This document shows, piece after piece, positions 17,617 through 25,016 of a DNA stretch of 25,016 nucleotides (positions within the stretch are counted from its first letter, which is position 1; each line of letters opens with the position of its first letter). A model generated the notes under the pieces. The model was not told where the DNA came from, searched no databases, and was given only the letters and a program-made list of their open reading frames with translations. This DNA is from a virus (lineage: Duplodnaviria > Caudoviricetes). The translations under genes were made by a program, and so were the position numbers. Where the stretch lies: positions 1 through 25,016 of IMG/VR virus record IMGVR_UViG_3300032335_000758; one strand, written 5' to 3'.

Positions 17617-18274
17617 ATTGCCATTCTACACCTTGCTGCACAGCGTAGTCTAATATGCCCTTTGCGTGCGCTTTAGCAATACTTTGCTGCCAATTAACAT
17701 CTATCATTAATCCAGCATCAGAGTAATTTGTAAAAAATCCATTCTCTGACAATATTGCAGGCATGGCTACACTTGTCAGCATTTGAAACCTTGCCTCTTT
17801 GTCTAAATCATTGTCTGTATAATCAGCTCTATGCACCCAGCCTGGTGTAGCAGTTTTTATTTGCTCACCTATGCAAGTAGCAAGGAGATCCGCTTTTGTT
17901 TCTCCTGGTGATGTAAAAATCTCCCATCCTCTGGCAGTAGGTGATGCAGCATTGCCATGTATGGAAACAAGGATAGAGTGTTTAGCTACAGATGCGTAGG
18001 AGTTAGCAAGTTGGCAGCGTTTGTTTAATGTTGTGTCATTAATAGGCTCGTATATCTTTTTTACTTGGAAGCCATAGTCAAGAAGGTACTGCTCTAAATA
18101 GTTAGCTAAGGAGCGATTAAACACTCCCTCAAAAAACCATCCATAGGAATGAAATTTTCCTGTGCGATGTTGGCAGCACTTAGAAGGATAGGTAACATAT
18201 TTCTCTGGGCCCGTTCCATTTCTCATGCCACCATGCCCAGCATCAAGGCATATTAAAAAATCATTTGGTTTCAT
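17615..18274 (-). CDS. Endolysin, N-acetylmuramoyl-L-alanine amidase (Amidase_3)
   Basis: LDAGHGG, E..FN, R...AN, VSIHGNA, GWEIF, PAILSENGF. Confidence 0.93.
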   Translation of the reverse strand: MKPNDFLICLDAGHGGMRNGTGPEKYVTYPSKCCQHRTGKFHSYGWFFEGVFNRSLANYLEQYLLDYGFQVKKIYEPINDTTLNKRCQLANSYASVAKHSILVSIHGNAASPTARGWEIFTSPGETKADLLATCIGEQIKTATPGWVHRADYTDNDLDKEARFQMLTSVAMPAILSENGFFTNYSDAGLMIDVNWQQSIAKAHAKGILDYAVQQGVEWQ

Positions 18275-18345
18275 ATATATATATTTTTAAGGGGAGCAGA
18301 ACTTAATCAACTCCCCTTGGCACTAAGGTAGCGAATCGTCTGCGC

Positions 18346-18639
18346 CTATAATTTAAAACCAATCAGTGCAAAAGCTGCACTAACGATTGATAACTTAGCT
18401 GGAAGTTTTACTTCAATCTCTTTGCCTGCGCATTCTCTCGAAGTCTCTTTTATCTTATCCCAAATGATTTGAGCAAGTTGGATATATTCGCGCCAAGTAA
18501 ATTTTACTTTATTACCCTCAAGATGAACATTGATTTCACTTGCAAGCTCCGCAAAGTTCATTGAGTAACAAGCGATGTCACCCATTGGTGATTTTATTCC
18601 GTCTGCACTTTTTAAGGCATCTTTTAAATTAGTCTGCAT
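18346..18639 (-). CDS. Hypothetical lysis-cassette protein with a hydrophobic C-terminus (start likely 18639)
   Basis: Between holin and endolysin; ends LSIVSAAFALIGFKL. Confidence 0.6.
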   Translation of the reverse strand: MQTNLKDALKSADGIKSPMGDIACYSMNFAELASEINVHLEGNKVKFTWREYIQLAQIIWDKIKETSRECAGKEIEVKLPAKLSIVSAAFALIGFKL

Positions 18640-18649
18640 ATTATTTGTT

Positions 18650-19054
18650 TTAACGTTTAAAAAATCTAAGAATAATTGTACCAATATTTGTTCCAGTTAT
18701 AGATTTAATATTTTCCGAAATACTAAACAATTCCGTGGCTGCAATGATGAAGCTTACAGAATAGGTTATCTGCGATGGCAGTTGAAAAGTAATACTTGCC
18801 CCGTGAAAAATCATTATACCGCAGAAATAGGTCAGTATTTTTTGCGATGTGCGATAAAGCCCTTTGCTTGTTATCGGCTCTCCCCTTTTCCTTGCCGCAA
18901 GGATTCCCGTAACTGTGTCTGCAAAAACAACAAAGATTGTAAAAATCAAAAAATGTTTGATAGGAAATATGAATGAAAAAATGATTCCGCAGCAAATGGA
19001 AAATAAAACTCCATCGTACCCCATCTTTAAAATGTTGTAAATTATTGTTTTCAT
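18650..19054 (-). CDS. Phage holin (holin_4_1-like)
   Basis: Three hydrophobic segments; D.VTG..AA, I.SKGL, ELFSISEN motifs. Confidence 0.85.
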   Translation of the reverse strand: MKTIIYNILKMGYDGVLFSICCGIIFSFIFPIKHFLIFTIFVVFADTVTGILAARKRGEPITSKGLYRTSQKILTYFCGIMIFHGASITFQLPSQITYSVSFIIAATELFSISENIKSITGTNIGTIILRFFKR

Positions 19055-19650
19055 TATTCCATTTTTATTAGTCTAACATCACCGTCAACCGTTGCAAATT
19101 TGCCCTCGGCATACTTGTATAAATCGTATTTAATACCATTAAAAGCAAAGGATACTTGATTGGTAAATGTAGATAATAGTAGATTGGTTGAAATAGAATA
19201 AACTTTGCCGTTGTCTGGATTAAAAATTAAACGCTTATTGCTGTTTAATTGAATTACACCATCAATGATTTCACTGTTAAAGTTTAACTTCCAATCTCCA
19301 AGAAACTTTGCCGTGTCTCGTTGAGCCGTGGTAAAATAGACTGGCTTACCACTTATTTGAACGTGCAAATCATTGTAATAATTTATCCTTTGCACGGCTT
19401 TGCCCTTTGTAATAATAGGCTTTGCGTGAATAGCAATCGTGTTGCTTTGCCTTTCAGCATCGGTAACAAGGCTTTGAATAGCAGTTGCAGAATCGCCTAA
19501 TATTTGCTTTGAGCCTGTTACAGTGCTATCAGACAAAGTAGTTTGCTGAATAATGTAATAGATGTTGCCTTGCTTTTGAATGTAAACAGTGTCCTTTACA
19601 ACATCTTGCGCAAAGGAAAACAAGGGAAGGAATAAAAATAAGTATCTCAT
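19054..19650 (-). CDS. Hypothetical exported protein with Sec signal peptide (start likely 19650)
   Basis: MRYLFLFLPLFSFA|QD; this start lies 1 nt after the upstream stop. Confidence 0.7.
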   Translation of the reverse strand: MRYLFLFLPLFSFAQDVVKDTVYIQKQGNIYYIIQQTTLSDSTVTGSKQILGDSATAIQSLVTDAERQSNTIAIHAKPIITKGKAVQRINYYNDLHVQISGKPVYFTTAQRDTAKFLGDWKLNFNSEIIDGVIQLNSNKRLIFNPDNGKVYSISTNLLLSTFTNQVSFAFNGIKYDLYKYAEGKFATVDGDVRLIKME

Positions 19651-19651
19651 T

Positions 19652-20809
19652 TTATTTATTTTCGAGGTTAATAATTCTTTGTTCAAGGGCTTTGATTAGG
19701 GAGTTTTGCTCTTGTATAGCTTTGACTAAAATAGGTATAATTTTTTCTTGTCTAAAAATTAGTTGACTATCCCAATTTGTAATGACAGTTTCTGGAATAA
19801 TACTTTCAATATCTTGAGCGATAAAACCTATATCTGTATCATTTGTTTCATTCCAATCAAACGCAACAGGATTAAGTTGATTTATAGTATTTAAACCATA
19901 AGGTAAATTTCTTATATTATGTTTTTTATTAACATCTGAACTATTAGTTGATAATACTCCGGTATCTGTAATATATAAAGCAGAATTACTTGAACTAGTT
20001 GTTCCGACTGATCGCACTCTTACATTTCCGGCAATATCAAGTCTTTCGCTTGCATTATTATCACCTAAATTTATACCTATATCCCCACCAAATGGATTTA
20101 TAGCCATGCGAATTGCAGCAACTGTACCTGAATTATAGGATTGCATAAAAGGATAATCTGAATTACTTAAATAACCAAATCCAAATGAAATAACTGGATT
20201 AGCCATGTCCATTCTTGTGTTTAAAGTTGTTGGAATATTAGAAATAGATGTAGTAGCTCCACTACCTTTTACATGTAATCTTGTACCTGGTTCATTTGTA
20301 TTTATGCCTACACGTCCCCCAGATTCATAAATTATACTTGTATCTAAAATTCCACTTGCATTTGTTCGAATTAAATAAAAATTTGGACTAAATGATGTCG
20401 CACCCGTTCCCCCATTTGCCACAGGCAAAGTGCCAGTTACTCCCGTTGTCAATGGCAACCCCGTTGCATTTGTTAAAACACCGCTTGAAGGTGTGCCCAA
20501 TGCTCTGCCACTTCTATAATAATTAGTTAACATCGTAGCCGTGTCGCTCGGCAAAAGGTTTAAACGCAGCCACGAGTTGCTTGTAGCCTTTTTATAATGC
20601 CACATTATATTGGTAGTAGTATCAAGAACCATGTAGGCCATTGTATCAATAGAAGGCTTTCTTACCGTATCAGTTGCCACACCCCGATATATAAGCCCAT
20701 CGGCAGTGGTCTGTTCTCCCAGCGTTATCTTTTGGTTGCCATTGCTTGGGTACTGTGCCCATGCAAGGCAAGGCAAAAGGAAGAGGAAGAGGGAAAGGAG
20801 TTGTTTCAT
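19652..20809 (-). CDS. Tail fibre-like protein with C-terminal intramolecular chaperone (Peptidase S74) and N-terminal signal peptide
   Basis: SSDVNKKHNI..L..INQLNPV.F.W..IGFIAQDIE...LVKAIQE plus coiled coil; GRVGINT..P...LHV repeats; MKQLLSLFLFLLPCLAWA|Q. Confidence 0.85.
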   Translation of the reverse strand: MKQLLSLFLFLLPCLAWAQYPSNGNQKITLGEQTTADGLIYRGVATDTVRKPSIDTMAYMVLDTTTNIMWHYKKATSNSWLRLNLLPSDTATMLTNYYRSGRALGTPSSGVLTNATGLPLTTGVTGTLPVANGGTGATSFSPNFYLIRTNASGILDTSIIYESGGRVGINTNEPGTRLHVKGSGATTSISNIPTTLNTRMDMANPVISFGFGYLSNSDYPFMQSYNSGTVAAIRMAINPFGGDIGINLGDNNASERLDIAGNVRVRSVGTTSSSNSALYITDTGVLSTNSSDVNKKHNIRNLPYGLNTINQLNPVAFDWNETNDTDIGFIAQDIESIIPETVITNWDSQLIFRQEKIIPILVKAIQEQNSLIKALEQRIINLENK

Positions 20810-20821
20810 GTTTTTGTTTTT

Positions 20822-23800
20822 TTAGTTAGCTTGTAAAATCCTCCAATCAGTACCATCGCTGATAATAGTTGCCCACTTGCCACTACTTGCTGACAGTATA
20901 GATGAAGTTGAGCTTCCAGTTATTGATATAACATTAGGTGATGAATTAATAGCACCTGTTGACCTATTGTGAAATTTTATTTCTCGGTATGTATTAGAAG
21001 CTGCTGAGGGTAAAGTTATAGTAGTGGTTGATGAATTAAAATTATCAATATAATAATCATCACTTGCAATAGTGTATGTACTTTGATTTAAATCTTTTAT
21101 TCTTGCACTAAAACTTATAACTGGTGTAGTTGTACCTGTTGCAACAGATATTGGAAATATTCCTGTAACACTTGTTACAGTGCCACCTCCCGAACCTACT
21201 CCAATAGCTGTTCTAAAATCTGCTGCACTTAAAGCACTTACCGTGTTATCCGCGTTAAATCTTGGGAATGTTATAGCTGAAGGATTTGTAAGCATAAACA
21301 TATTTTGTCCTATTGTTGTGCCGCCTAAATCAATTCTAATACCTTCAGCGGTTCTTTGACTAACAGTATTATCTGCATTATACCTAATAAAAGAAACTTG
21401 GCTTATATCTGATAAAGTAAATACATTAGCGCCTCTTACCGTTGCTCCTAATCCAGTTCTTGCAGTTGATGCGCTTGTTCCGCCTGTGCCACCATTTGTT
21501 ATGGCTAATGTTCCGCCTAATGTAACTACTCCAGTTGATGCCGTATTTGGCGTAAATCCCGTAGTTCCTGCACTAAACGAAGTAACAGATGTACCTATTG
21601 TTTGAGTTGATAATAATCCTGTTGAACTTGCAACTACCATTCGTGTACCTGTACCTGCAAGATTAGATAATGTTACTGACCCTGTAGCTAATAAAGAGCC
21701 ATTAAATTCATTAAAATTATAATCGCTAATTAATTTGGCATTTGGTATGGTGTTACCATCCCATCTTAATAATGATTGAGTAATATTAGTACTACTTGAA
21801 AATATTGGAAAATATAAATTTGAGCCATTGCCTGTAATGTTTCCGCTGCCTTTATTATTAAAAGTAGTCCAATCGGTTGAGGTTAAATATCCATTTCTTC
21901 CACTTGTCGCACTTAATAATTCAATAACTGGAGTAGATGTAGTATTAGTAATAGACAAAGGATTGCCACTTGTTCCCGAAACCGTTACACTTGTTACAGT
22001 TCCAGCCCCTATGGCACTCCGAAACGAAGCTGCAGATAATGCCGAAACAGTGTTATCCGCGTTAAACTGTGGAAAGGTAATGGCAGAAGGATTAGTCAAA
22101 GTAAACATTGATTGCCCAATAGTTGTACCTCCTAAACTTGTTCGTCCTGTGGATGCTACAAGCCCAGTGCTACCTCCATCCCATTTTAACCTATCTGTAT
22201 ATGCCGTATTCCAATTACTTGAATTATTTGTAATTGATGTTGTCCATGTTGTGCCCGTTGATAGGGCAATGCCTGCCTCTGGATAAACAGGATTACCTTG
22301 CGCGGAGGAAACAGAACCTATGCCCGATACTGTGACTAAAGTATAGTTTTCGCCTACTTTATAAGATGTGGATGCTATCTTAACTTTGTTTGTGTCAATT
22401 ACGGTAAATTGGTCATTAAGTAATAACTGCCCATTTCGAAATAAAAGAATAAACTGCCTTAATTGAATAGGGAATTTAGATAGAATAGTAAAGGTTAATG
22501 TGTCACTTGTTGCAGGTGTATATTCCTGTTTAATTATTTTTATTGTATCACCACCTATTTCTACTGCCACAATGCTATCTCTCACAAAATCGTAAACAGT
22601 AGAGCTATCTACGCGTAGTGTGCCAGTAGTTGTAATTGGGCCGCCTAATATGCCATAACCACTTCCTACGCTTGTAACTGTGCCACTGCCTCCTGTGTAC
22701 TGTGGAATATTTAAAGTAGAGCCTACTAAGGTAGAAGCTCCGCTCGTGCCGGTAGTAGTTAATGTAATATTATTTTGCTTAGTCGCAAACCTTGTAGTTA
22801 GATTTAATAAAGTAGTATCTGTTAATTCCATTAATACAGACAAATCAGCCGACACTGTGCCCGTGGTTGTGATTGGATTAGGACTAACCGTTATTCCCGT
22901 ACCACCAGAAATTGAGGTAAGTGATCCGCTGCCACTTCCACCACCACCTCCACCACGGGGAAAAATAACCGTATAATTTTCACCTACTTTAAATGCAGTG
23001 GCACCAATGATAACGGAAGCATTGGTTGGTATCGTGTATTGAGTAGGTAATAAGATTTGTCCATTCCGGTAAACTTGCACCACTCCCGTACCACCGACTA
23101 CTAATGTGTCACTTTGTGTCCAAGTCAATGTACTTGAAGAAACATTGGTAAAATCTTGTCTTGCGTAAAATCTGCCGCTTGTGTCTGCGTAGGCTTTAGT
23201 GGCATAGTTGGCTAACATGGAAGCCGTATCGCTAACTAAAAGTGCTTGCGTAGTATCTCTCCAAACACCTTCACTACTTAAATAATATAATGAGGCTTTA
23301 TTTACTGGCGATGTTATACGGACATCGTGTAATTCATCTAATTCTTGACCATTACGAATCTTAACAAACAATTCTCCAGAACCAGCATTACTTTTTACAC
23401 ATACACCAATATATACCGTGTGTTGTGGAGCTTGCGGCTTTGTTGATGTTAACCCACCTGCCACCGTTGGCGAAAGATAAACGGCTGAATCTTCTACTAA
23501 TGCACTCGTATTTATTCCCGTTATTAATCCCTCTGTTATTATATATCCGCTTTGATTATCTGCTATTGATTCAGCAACTATTCCAAAAGTATTAGCAGAA
23601 AAAGCATCGCTAACGCCCAAGGCTTTTGCAACGGTTATTCTATTTCCCTGACTTCCTGATAAATACACCGCAGTTCCCTTTGCCAATGTTGCGCCCGTGC
23701 GATTGTTTACTCGTTGGTGTAATTGTTGCCCAATAACATTGGTAACATTGCCACCTTTTAAGCCTTGAATTAAAGATCCTTGCGTGTCATTGTATTCTAC

Positions 23801-24286
23801 TTCGCCCACTCCCACCGTGCCATCCTTGGCAGTGTTAAAGGTAATAGAATCAAAAGGCATAGTTAAACCTCCTCCTGCACCACTAATGGCTGCCCATGAA
23901 CCTTGCTTAAATACATATAAAGAACCGCTAACAGAGTCAAGGATAAGATAGGCTTTTACATTCTTATCTGCATAGCTTGTAGGCTTTGTAATTGTGTCTG
24001 TAACTCTACCTCTCCAAACCAAGCCGTTTCCAGTACTCTGCCATCCTAATTTCTGCTTATTGCCTGTGACTGGGTAAGGAATGGAATCCATAGAGGCATA
24101 AGATATTCCTGCCATTAAAATAAAAGCAATTACAAGTCCTTGTTTTTTGTTGCCTACTTTGTCAATGGCTTTGCCTATAAACTTTCTTGCTATTCCCATT
24201 ACTAATTCATTGGCTAACACCTTGGCAATGTTTCCAACGGCTTTTAAAAACTTTCTTTCTTTCTTTGGTGCTTTTATCTCTTCCAT
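20822..24286 (-). CDS. Long Thr/Gly/Ser-rich tail fibre/adhesin-like protein
   Basis: GTVTSV, GTGI, GYLTSTDWTTFNNK, NGGTG repeats; C-terminal TITLPSA...SDGTDW motif; signal-like segment at aa 47-64. Confidence 0.8.
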   Translation of the reverse strand: MEEIKAPKKERKFLKAVGNIAKVLANELVMGIARKFIGKAIDKVGNKKQGLVIAFILMAGISYASMDSIPYPVTGNKQKLGWQSTGNGLVWRGRVTDTITKPTSYADKNVKAYLILDSVSGSLYVFKQGSWAAISGAGGGLTMPFDSITFNTAKDGTVGVGEVEYNDTQGSLIQGLKGGNVTNVIGQQLHQRVNNRTGATLAKGTAVYLSGSQGNRITVAKALGVSDAFSANTFGIVAESIADNQSGYIITEGLITGINTSALVEDSAVYLSPTVAGGLTSTKPQAPQHTVYIGVCVKSNAGSGELFVKIRNGQELDELHDVRITSPVNKASLYYLSSEGVWRDTTQALLVSDTASMLANYATKAYADTSGRFYARQDFTNVSSSTLTWTQSDTLVVGGTGVVQVYRNGQILLPTQYTIPTNASVIIGATAFKVGENYTVIFPRGGGGGGSGSGSLTSISGGTGITVSPNPITTTGTVSADLSVLMELTDTTLLNLTTRFATKQNNITLTTTGTSGASTLVGSTLNIPQYTGGSGTVTSVGSGYGILGGPITTTGTLRVDSSTVYDFVRDSIVAVEIGGDTIKIIKQEYTPATSDTLTFTILSKFPIQLRQFILLFRNGQLLLNDQFTVIDTNKVKIASTSYKVGENYTLVTVSGIGSVSSAQGNPVYPEAGIALSTGTTWTTSITNNSSNWNTAYTDRLKWDGGSTGLVASTGRTSLGGTTIGQSMFTLTNPSAITFPQFNADNTVSALSAASFRSAIGAGTVTSVTVSGTSGNPLSITNTTSTPVIELLSATSGRNGYLTSTDWTTFNNKGSGNITGNGSNLYFPIFSSSTNITQSLLRWDGNTIPNAKLISDYNFNEFNGSLLATGSVTLSNLAGTGTRMVVASSTGLLSTQTIGTSVTSFSAGTTGFTPNTASTGVVTLGGTLAITNGGTGGTSASTARTGLGATVRGANVFTLSDISQVSFIRYNADNTVSQRTAEGIRIDLGGTTIGQNMFMLTNPSAITFPRFNADNTVSALSAADFRTAIGVGSGGGTVTSVTGIFPISVATGTTTPVISFSARIKDLNQSTYTIASDDYYIDNFNSSTTTITLPSAASNTYREIKFHNRSTGAINSSPNVISITGSSTSSILSASSGKWATIISDGTDWRILQAN

Positions 24287-24657
24287 TATATTATGTTTAT
24301 TGCAAAGACAATATAGTTACTGCCATCGTAATGTGTGTTAGAATCTATGGTAATAGTAGCAGGTGCCGTTATACTATATTGACTATCTATTAATTTCTGA
24401 CCATTCTGGTAAACATGAATAGCAGCATTTAAATTAGTAACTGGCAAGACTCCATTATTTTGAGTCCAGGTTAAAACATTGGATGAAGATGCAAGAAATT
24501 CTTGATTAAATATTGAAACGGCAGAGCCATTTACTGTAACATTATTTATTGTTTCTGTAACATTGTTGTTAACCACACCTCCACTGCCTGCATTATTAGC
24601 AACCTCGGCAAAGTCGCGAGGTTTCGATAAAACTGTTCTTTCGGTATAATTAGGCAT
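24286..24657 (-). CDS. Small tail-region protein with a VYQNGQ..L beta domain
   Basis: Domain homologous to two internal domains of the 1154-aa protein. Confidence 0.7.
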   Translation of the reverse strand: MPNYTERTVLSKPRDFAEVANNAGSGGVVNNNVTETINNVTVNGSAVSIFNQEFLASSSNVLTWTQNNGVLPVTNLNAAIHVYQNGQKLIDSQYSITAPATITIDSNTHYDGSNYIVFAINII

Positions 24658-25015
24658 CCAATTCTATTTTAAAGTAATCACCTTGCCAAATCTCTGTTTT
24701 TAAATCAAAACTACCTCTTTCAAAAACGTAGTATCCAGAAGAATATTCTATGACCTTGTGAGGAAGGTAGGGATTGTCAAGTGATAAATTTTGGAATGGC
24801 ATATCTACCATGCGTAGCTTTGGTGTTAGCTGTCCGCGTATAACTTCGTTTACTAATAATTGTGTTACATTGTTAAAGCCTGATCCGCTGCTGACATCCC
24901 ATGAGCTGCTATTTTCATAGGTGCCAGATTCTAAAACTTTTAATCCTCCATCCGTTGTTTTACTTGGCCCATCGCCAAGGTATGTGTCAAGGCTAAATAT
25001 AGTGGATGATTTATC
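24650..25015 (-). CDS. C-terminal part of a probable tail protein (runs off the window)
   Basis: Open frame DKSSTIFSLDTYLGDG...WQGDYFKIELDA* overlapping the next start; function inferred from position. Confidence 0.6.
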   Translation of the reverse strand, partial: DKSSTIFSLDTYLGDGPSKTTDGGLKVLESGTYENSSSWDVSSGSGFNNVTQLLVNEVIRGQLTPKLRMVDMPFQNLSLDNPYLPHKVIEYSSGYYVFERGSFDLKTEIWQGDYFKIELDA

Positions 25016-25016
25016 G

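Noticed and set aside
18273-18284. (TA)n tract as a phase-variation site (also 3051-3060)
   Set aside because: Short tracts are expected in AT-rich intergenic DNA; no evidence of length variation from one sequence
21198-22135. Diversity-generating retroelement TR/VR pair
   Set aside because: Both copies are in frame within one gene, differences are mainly synonymous and not adenine-specific, and there is no reverse transcriptase in the window
713-24393. Antisense or alternate-frame ORFs in the track (e.g. 713-931, 3126-3410, 8402-8728, 18575-18976, 21828-22286, 22680-22976)
   Set aside because: Shadows of well-supported genes with no motifs of their own
1-25016. Stop-codon reassignment or introns/inteins
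   Set aside because: Recognisable genes are full length in the standard code and tightly packed; the HNH genes sit between genes, not inside them

Overview
The window looks like about half of a tailed dsDNA phage or prophage genome from a Bacteroidota host. The host call rests on TAnnTTTG -7 promoter boxes, AT-rich starts without Shine-Dalgarno motifs and signal peptides ending in A|Q. Left arm, minus strand: a small DNA-binding protein, a glycosyltransferase, a gp74-like packaging HNH and a large Cys-rich HNH. Middle, plus strand (3081-17555): SSB, a membrane-anchored GH73-like muralytic enzyme, a Maf/sialyltransferase-like protein, two more HNHs, an HTH replication initiator with internal iterons, a SNF2-helicase/DNA-methyltransferase fusion, a PD-(D/E)XK nuclease, a thyX/dNTP-diphosphohydrolase/dcd cassette and a RuvC-like resolvase. 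Right arm, minus strand: the end of the tail operon, fibre-like proteins, holin and amidase endolysin. The two most unusual observations are (i) three consecutive fibre-region genes that all carry Sec-type signal peptides, two sharing a homologous N-terminal domain, and (ii) a three-hairpin leader with a loop-loop complement upstream of the replication genes. All product calls come from motif recognition by eye; no searches were run.
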